Shown here: in pieces, positions 58,510 to 64,000 of the stretch
Numbering within the stretch: position 1 is the stretch's first letter
How the letters are laid out: the number at the start of each line of letters is the position of its first letter
Virus record (IMG/VR): IMGVR_UViG_3300042305_001986
Span: 1-64,000 of that record
Length of the DNA: 64,000 bases
Origin: a virus
Strand: one strand, 5' to 3'
Program-made: the position numbers and the translations under genes
The notes under the pieces: generated by a model
Told to the model about the DNA's origin: nothing
Databases searched by the model: none
Seen by the model: only the letters and a program-made list of their open reading frames with translations

Positions 58510-59268
58510 TTATCTTTTTTTCCTACTATGTGATTCTAAAGAAAGTGTTTTGTCTATAATTTTATTTTTAGCATCAAATAGTTTTTGAATATATCCAGCC
58601 CTCCTCATATATTTAAAAACGAGGTTTTCATATGATTTTTCCCCACCTTTGAGTAATCCTGCGGATCTATATTTTTTCAATTTATCTTTAAAATTATCCA
58701 ATATTTCTATAGCTTTTTTGGGTTCCTCGTCATTTAAATTCAAAAATACGTCATCAAATTGTGAAATAACATTCTTAATTTTTCTCTTTAAAATATCTTT
58801 GTCAATCTGTGTTTCTTCTTTTTTGGGTATTTCAACCCAATCATTATGTAAGATACTGTATACACCAGAAGAATGATGAGGCTCCAATATATCTTGGATA
58901 TAAACTTCCACATCATGTCCATAAATTGTAATATCATGAGTGCTGTTAAATAATGTTTTTTTGAGATTAAAATATTCTTTATATAATTCTTCGTTTCCTT
59001 CCAATTGTTTAAAATCTAAAATAAAATGTAAATCAACATCTGATAAATCAGACCAGTTGAAATTTGCTAAGGATCCTGTCATTGTGATATCAGACAAAAA
59101 TATATCAAGATCTAAATATTCAAAAAACTCTTCACTAATTTTCATGAGTTGTTTTTTGATATTTTCTTTCAAAGTTGAATTATCAGGTGTTTGAGGATTG
59201 TCCCAAAACTTGGGATTCAACTCATCCTTATATAACAAGGTGTCAACAACCTGATTAATTGAATTCAT
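58510..59268 (-). CDS. Pol-beta-superfamily nucleotidyltransferase
   Basis: TGSLANFNWSDLSDVDLH (GS..DxD); VEVYIQD. Confidence 0.8.
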   Translation of the reverse strand: MNSINQVVDTLLYKDELNPKFWDNPQTPDNSTLKENIKKQLMKISEEFFEYLDLDIFLSDITMTGSLANFNWSDLSDVDLHFILDFKQLEGNEELYKEYFNLKKTLFNSTHDITIYGHDVEVYIQDILEPHHSSGVYSILHNDWVEIPKKEETQIDKDILKRKIKNVISQFDDVFLNLNDEEPKKAIEILDNFKDKLKKYRSAGLLKGGEKSYENLVFKYMRRAGYIQKLFDAKNKIIDKTLSLESHSRKKR

Positions 59269-59507
59269 TTTTTAGTATATTTGAAAGTTTTGGCGATTTC
59301 TTTATTAAAAAACGATCCTTGTGATTCTGCCATTCTAAATTTTGTATAAATTTGATGTGGAACCTCTTCATAAGAATACACCAATCCATTTTTAAATGTC
59401 ACCTCAAGGTTTTGAGTTTTGGTGTCATAAATTGTTTGATTGATGTTTGAGGATTCAATCTCATTTAAAATCCTTGTTCCTTCTATTTTTTCAGATATTA
59501 TTGCCAT
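59265..59507 (-). CDS. KTSC-domain protein
   Basis: SSNI..YD..LEVTFKNGLVYSYEEVP..Y..F..AESQGSFFNKEI. Confidence 0.9.
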   Translation of the reverse strand: MAIISEKIEGTRILNEIESSNINQTIYDTKTQNLEVTFKNGLVYSYEEVPHQIYTKFRMAESQGSFFNKEIAKTFKYTKK

Positions 59508-59793
59508 TTTTGAAAGGTATTTCTTCTTCTATTATATTGAATTTTGAATAAATATGCTCAAAAAATTTGTTATCGGAAATATCAAACCCATTATTTTGGA
59601 TAATATTTTTAAAATTTAAAATTTCGTCCTGAATTTTGTTCAGTTGATTTCTTAATACTTCAGTATTATCTGACTCGGATGTCAGATCCACACCTTTCTC
59701 ACAAAGGTCATTAAACAAAGTCCTGAAGTTTCTATATTCGGAAAGAAGGACCGAGTCGTCCGTTGTAGAAGATAAATAATCGTTAATATTCAT
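59491..59793 (-). CDS. Hypothetical protein
   Basis: First gene after TATTTAT 59798-59804. Confidence 0.55.
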   Translation of the reverse strand: MNINDYLSSTTDDSVLLSEYRNFRTLFNDLCEKGVDLTSESDNTEVLRNQLNKIQDEILNFKNIIQNNGFDISDNKFFEHIYSKFNIIEEEIPFKNGNNI

Positions 59794-59815
59794 GATTATA
59801 AATATATCAAGAATT

Positions 59816-59842
59816 AAAAACCCCTCCGTGAGGGAGGGGTTT
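59816..59842 (-). terminator. Intrinsic terminator
   Basis: AAAAACCCCTCC-GTGAG-GGAGGGGTTT downstream of 59848..60285. Confidence 0.8.
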
Positions 59843-59847
59843 CAATT

Positions 59848-60285
59848 TTACGATTTCAACTTTTTTATTTCATCCCTATATTTTATCGCCGATTCGAAAT
59901 CTTGTTTGGTTACAGAATTATTCAATTTTGTTTCTAACTCTTTGATTTTTTCTTTGTTGGATTCAATAGATTTTATTTTATCCCTCAACTTAGCCGCGGT
60001 TTCATAATCTTGTTTTTCAACAGCACTTTCAAGTTGTTTTTTGAGATCCCATCTTTCACCTGAAGGTTTACTGTTATCATCAGATGTTTTATATATTGTA
60101 GTCACCTGAAATGATCCGTCTTCTGATACAAATGATTCTTTGGTCCAAGATCCATTTTCATCATCTCCCGATTCCACGTTCCTTTTACCTCTGATCATAT
60201 AAGGTGAAGTAAATGAACCGAAATCTTCAAACAAAGAATCAAATTCAGAAAACAAATTGTTAAAGTTAATTTTTTTACGTAACAT
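59848..60285 (-). CDS. Protein with two UvrB/UvrC (UVR) coiled-coil motifs, candidate ClpC adaptor
   Basis: LESAVEKQDYETAAKLRDKIK and LNNSVTKQDFESAIKYRDEIK. Confidence 0.8.
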   Translation of the reverse strand: MLRKKINFNNLFSEFDSLFEDFGSFTSPYMIRGKRNVESGDDENGSWTKESFVSEDGSFQVTTIYKTSDDNSKPSGERWDLKKQLESAVEKQDYETAAKLRDKIKSIESNKEKIKELETKLNNSVTKQDFESAIKYRDEIKKLKS

Positions 60286-60327
60286 TTTATTATTTTTTTA
60301 TTAGTTTATTTCTGAAAATCACTACTT

Positions 60328-60397
60328 ATCAAATTTGTGCCAAACTTCACAAACTGACAAAATGTCATACAAATAAAAAAAACCTGACAAAATTACA
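60328..60397 (-). promoter_or_regulatory. Sigma-54-like -24/-12 promoter with upstream palindromic sites
   Basis: Minus strand TGGCACAAATTTGAT (60342-60328); TGACA-AAA-TGTCA at 60355-60367; partial second copy CTGACAAAATTACA at 60384-60397. Confidence 0.55.
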
Positions 60398-60443
60398 AAT
60401 ATTGATTTTTTCATGAAAAACATATATTCTTAAAATAAAAAAA

Positions 60444-62462
60444 ATGATTGAAGATATCGACCCAAGCGAATCCAAAAAGGAAAGAAAACCAAAACAAAAT
60501 CCAAACTCAAAAACCCCTGTATTAGATAATTTCTCAAGAGATTTATCCAAACTTGCGGAAGTTGGAGCCTTGGATCCTGTTGTAGGAAGAGATGAAGAAA
60601 TTTTACGGATTGCACAAATTCTTTCAAGAAGAAAGAAAAACAATCCAATTATAATTGGTGAGCCCGGTTGTGGTAAAACCGCCATAGTTGAGGGTCTTGC
60701 TCAAAAGATTTTTGAAGGGGATTGTCCAAGAAACTTATGTGACAAAAGAATCGTTTCTTTGGATATGACATCCATAGTTGCAGGAACAAAATACAGAGGA
60801 CAATTTGAAGAGAGATTAAAGGTGATCTTGGAGGAACTTCAGGAAACCAAAGAAGTTATCGTATTCATCGACGAGATACATAACATCGTGGGCGCGGGAA
60901 ATAGTTCGGGATCTTTGGATGCTTCCAATATCTTTAAACCTGCTTTAGCTCGTGGTGAAATTCAATGTATAGGAGCTACGACATTAGATGAATATAGACA
61001 AAATATTGAAAAAGACGGAGCGTTAGAAAGGAGATTCCAAAAGGTTGTTGTTGAACCACCATCAGTGAAAGAAACGATTCAGATTCTCATGAATATCAAA
61101 GACAAATATGAGGATTTCCATAAAGTAATATATCACGATGACGCAATAACCGCCTGTGTTCGTTTGGCGGACAGATATATTACAAATAGAGAATTTCCTG
61201 ATAAGGCAATTGATATTTTGGATGAACTTGGTGCTAGAAGTCAGGTAACAACAAAACTTCCCGAGTCCATTGAAAAATTAAAAGAAGAAGCTGCGGATAT
61301 CAAAAAACTAAAACTTGAAGTGGTTAAGGCTCAAAGATATGAAGAAGCCGCAAATTTGAGGGATAGAGAGAAAAAAGTCTTGAAAGAACTTGAAGACCAA
61401 AAGAACAAGTTTGAAAAAGAACAAAACACAATAAGAAAAGAGATATCTGAAGATATGGTATATGATGTCGTTGCATCAATCACCAAGATACCAGTATCAA
61501 AATTATCGGCTGATGATGTTGACGCTCTGATAAACTTGGAAAATAATCTCAACGAAAAGGTGATTGGTCAACATGATGCGGTTGAAAAGATTTCAAAAGC
61601 AATCAGAAGAAACCGTCTTGGAATCAAAGACCCAAACAGACCGATTGGTTCATTCATTTTCTTGGGGTCTACAGGGGTTGGAAAAACATATCTAGCAAAA
61701 CAACTTGCAAAACAAGTTTTTGGTGATGCAAATTCTTTGATCAGGGTTGATATGAGTGAATTCCAAGAAAAACATTCTCTCAGTAGATTGATTGGATCAC
61801 CACCGGGTTATGTCGGATACAATGAAGGTGGACAACTAACAGAACAAGTTAAAAATAAACCATATTCTGTTATTTTGTTTGATGAAGTTGAAAAGGCTAA
61901 CAAAGACATATTCTCTTTGATGTTACAAATCTTGGATGACGGATACATCACCGACTCCACAGGACGGCACATCAACTTCAAGAATACTTTGATCATTATG
62001 ACTTCCAACTTGGGTGTTAAAAAATTGATGGAATTTGGAACAGGTGTTGGTTTCAATACAGCATCAAGAGCTGCAAACACAGAGGAAATAAAAAGGGATA
62101 TTCTAAAAAAAGAAGTCAAAAATTACTTTTCACCTGAGTTTTTGAATCGTGTCGATGAGATCGTTCTCTTTAATTCTCTAAATGAAAACGACATTCACAA
62201 AATTATTGAGATCGAGTTTGTTCAACTCAAAGATAGATTAGATGAACTTGGTTATTACATCAACTTCGATGATAGTATATACAAACATATCTCAAAAATT
62301 GGATATGATGAGGAATTCGGAGCACGACCCCTAAAAAGAGCAATACAAGAACAGATTGAAGATTTTATATCCGAAAATGTGTTAAGGAAAAATATAGTTC
62401 TTGATAAAAAATACGAACTATATATGAAAGAGGACAAAGTGACCTTAAGAAAAAAGAGATAA
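60444..62462 (+). CDS. clpC: ClpC-type AAA+ ATPase lacking the N-terminal Clp-N domain
   Basis: GEPGCGKT / FIDEIH; UVR M-domain [11 protein letters not shown]; GSTGVGKT / LFDEVEKA; VGF ClpP-docking loop; GARPLKR. Confidence 0.95.
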   Translation: MIEDIDPSESKKERKPKQNPNSKTPVLDNFSRDLSKLAEVGALDPVVGRDEEILRIAQILSRRKKNNPIIIGEPGCGKTAIVEGLAQKIFEGDCPRNLCDKRIVSLDMTSIVAGTKYRGQFEERLKVILEELQETKEVIVFIDEIHNIVGAGNSSGSLDASNIFKPALARGEIQCIGATTLDEYRQNIEKDGALERRFQKVVVEPPSVKETIQILMNIKDKYEDFHKVIYHDDAITACVRLADRYITNREFPDKAIDILDELGARSQVTTKLPESIEKLKEEAADIKKLKLEVVKAQRYEEAANLRDREKKVLKELEDQKNKFEKEQNTIRKEISEDMVYDVVASITKIPVSKLSADDVDALINLENNLNEKVIGQHDAVEKISKAIRRNRLGIKDPNRPIGSFIFLGSTGVGKTYLAKQLAKQVFGDANSLIRVDMSEFQEKHSLSRLIGSPPGYVGYNEGGQLTEQVKNKPYSVILFDEVEKANKDIFSLMLQILDDGYITDSTGRHINFKNTLIIMTSNLGVKKLMEFGTGVGFNTASRAANTEEIKRDILKKEVKNYFSPEFLNRVDEIVLFNSLNENDIHKIIEIEFVQLKDRLDELGYYINFDDSIYKHISKIGYDEEFGARPLKRAIQEQIEDFISENVLRKNIVLDKKYELYMKEDKVTLRKKR

Positions 62463-62490
62463 AAAAAAGTGGGAGAAATCCCACTTTTTT
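62461..62490. terminator. Bidirectional intrinsic terminator
   Basis: AAAAAAAAGTGGGA-GAAA-TCCCACTTTTTT between convergent genes. Confidence 0.9.
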
Positions 62491-62492
62491 CT

Positions 62493-63278
62493 TTAGATCC
62501 TTTCACATCCTAACTTATCGTAGATTTCAATACCTGTATTAACAGCATTCTCGACTTCCTCAACAATGATATATTCATTAGGTGTATGATACCTGTGATA
62601 ACCACAAGATAGATTAATCATGTTGATGTGAGGGAATAATTCCTTAAGGGCCTTCACATCAGTATAAGGATGTTTTTGTAACTTGAATTCAGGATTGAAT
62701 GTTTCACTTAAGACGGGTTCCATACGAGTAAAGAATTCAGAGTTACGGTCAAACAATTGGACACCTGAACAATATTCACTCACCATATAGTTCGAAGGAG
62801 CGTCAAACTGAACCACATATCCGACATCGGAGAAAAAGTAATTATCCGCTTCAGAGGATCCGATACATCCGACTTCTTCGGACACAAAAAAGGCAATCTT
62901 GACGTTATCCAAAGATTCGAGTAACTTCAAACACACATAAATACCACACTTGTCATCACCACCAATACCGACATGTTGATCATTAAACATGGAGTACCCC
63001 TGCAAAGCAAGTTTCATCTCTCCATTATCATTTGGTAACATCTTTTCTACAACTCGGATAGGGGTCATAGAATGTACAGTATCGAGGTGGGATACAAAAC
63101 AAGGATAATATTCTGCAATACCTTTGGTTACATAGATATTTGATAAATCATCCGTGTAAAATTCATATCCTCTGCTATACAAAAAATCCGTGATGAAACT
63201 CACCATCAGATCTTCTTGATAAGTTTTAGATGGGACACTGAGTAGTGTTTTGAAAAAATCTAAATCTTGTTGTTTCAT
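62493..63278 (-). CDS. Zn-dependent peptidase, M20/M28/M42 clan
   Basis: SHLDTVH, GGDDKCG, SEEVGCIGS, QFD, YHTPNE. Confidence 0.85.
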   Translation of the reverse strand: MKQQDLDFFKTLLSVPSKTYQEDLMVSFITDFLYSRGYEFYTDDLSNIYVTKGIAEYYPCFVSHLDTVHSMTPIRVVEKMLPNDNGEMKLALQGYSMFNDQHVGIGGDDKCGIYVCLKLLESLDNVKIAFFVSEEVGCIGSSEADNYFFSDVGYVVQFDAPSNYMVSEYCSGVQLFDRNSEFFTRMEPVLSETFNPEFKLQKHPYTDVKALKELFPHINMINLSCGYHRYHTPNEYIIVEEVENAVNTGIEIYDKLGCERI

Positions 63279-63282
63279 TATA

Positions 63283-63372
63283 CAAATATATCAAAAAAAA
63301 TCTATTTATTAACAAACTTGTAGAATATTTTTTTGAAAATTTGATTTTATCTAAAAAGAATATGTATATTTG
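63283..63372. promoter_or_regulatory. Divergent Bacteroidota-type primary-sigma promoters (-33 TTTG / -7 TAnnTTTG)
   Basis: Plus strand: TTTG 63340-63343, 21 nt, TATATTTG 63365-63372 before the tmRNA. Minus strand: TTTG 63316-63313, 22 nt, TATATTTG 63290-63283 before the peptidase. Confidence 0.75.
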
Positions 63373-63391
63373 TAGTGTTCTTTGATATTAT

Positions 63392-63781
63392 GGGGGCGAT
63401 TTTGGATTTGACCGGTATGGTCAGGCACAGAGTGCACGTAGTGAGATGAGATCTATCACTTTAATCTACGGTTTCAAAAACAACTGGCGAAACTTTCGCA
63501 AAACTTCAGTCTATTGGTTTGATCCAAACTGAAGAGGTTTACGCAGCCTAAGGCTCCGAAAACCTACGGGTCGGTCAGGACATATACCTATGAACAGAAG
63601 TCCACTGAAGGTTGGTTACCTTAATAACCAAAGGTTGTAGTACATCTTAAAGTATTACCACCGTGGCTGAACGGTGTGAGAATTCAGATATTTCGGATTA
63701 TTGTGAATTAATAATGACCTAAACGTGTAGTACTCTCTGTTTGAGATACTAGGGACGGCGGTTCGAGTCCGCCCGCCTTCA
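63392..63781 (+). ncRNA. ssrA: tmRNA
   Basis: 5' GGGGGCGAttttggatttGAC; 3' T-arm GGCGG-TTCGAGT-CCGCC followed by CGCCTTC-A; G3:U70 alanine identity pair; tag frame 63486-63551 GETFAKLQSIGLIQTEEVYAA*; CCA not encoded. Confidence 0.93.
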
Positions 63782-63804
63782 CTAAATAAACTTAATTTTC
63801 AAAA

Positions 63805-64000
63805 ATGAAAAAAATTCTTTACATTCTCCTGTCAGTAACATTCTTAACTTCTTGCGTCGGAATTAAAAACACCGTAAATCGAGCACGTGTTGAAAAAGGT
63901 GAATCTTTTATCAAGTACGGTGTTGATGGACACCCTGATGGGATTGAGGTTTTAAAAGGAAGTGAATGTTTAAAGACAGATGCAGAGATTCGTCGATTTA
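63805..64000 (+). CDS. Putative lipoprotein (truncated by the right edge)
   Basis: MKKILYILLSVTFLTS|C lipobox; frame open to the window end. Confidence 0.65.
   Translation, partial: MKKILYILLSVTFLTSCVGIKNTVNRARVEKGESFIKYGVDGHPDGIEVLKGSECLKTDAEIRRF

Noticed and set aside
63750-63784. Stand-alone tRNA suggested by GGTTCGAGTCC
   Set aside because: It is the T-arm and 3' acceptor strand of the tmRNA; its pairing partner lies ~390 nt upstream.
1-64000. Alternative genetic code (stop-codon reassignment), as in some large Bacteroidota phages
   Set aside because: Core genes are full length and tile the window under the standard code; TAA, TGA and TAG all terminate genes.
1-64000. Eukaryotic giant virus or bacterial chromosome origin (mucin-like proteins, GT60, PLOD; clpC, ssrA, TBDR)
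   Set aside because: Complete T4-like head/packaging module, bacterial promoters and terminators, no NCLDV core genes and no housekeeping operons.

Overview
AT-rich, densely coding 64-kb segment of a large (jumbo-type, T4-superfamily-like) tailed phage. The host is very probably a Bacteroidota: TTTG-N21/22-TAnnTTTG promoters, A-rich Shine-Dalgarno-less starts, a T9SS-sorted protein, a DUF4494-like gene, a Bacteroidota-style ClpC, bS21 and a tmRNA tag starting GET. Left to right: family B DNA polymerase (runs off the left edge, absent from the ORF track); a block of Thr/Pro-repeat, Cys-rich, mucin-like putative virion proteins directly adjacent to an 8-gene glycosyltransferase/methyltransferase operon headed by a GT60-like polypeptide GlcNAc-transferase; a trypsin-like protease; small head-associated genes and a WYL protein; GT4/GT2 enzymes, 3'-5' exonuclease, dUTPase, PhoH and a gp55-like sigma factor; baseplate-like genes; an inserted T9SS-cargo + TonB-dependent receptor cassette; the head module (major capsid, scaffold, prohead protease, portal, large terminase) containing ribosomal protein bS21; nucleotidyltransferase and KTSC genes; a UVR-motif protein divergent from an N-domain-less ClpC; a Zn peptidase; and a tmRNA with an unusually long tag. 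The best candidate for an undescribed system is a phage-encoded mucin-type O-glycosylation pathway sitting next to its own PTVT-like substrates. All assignments come from motif recognition by eye; no database search was run.
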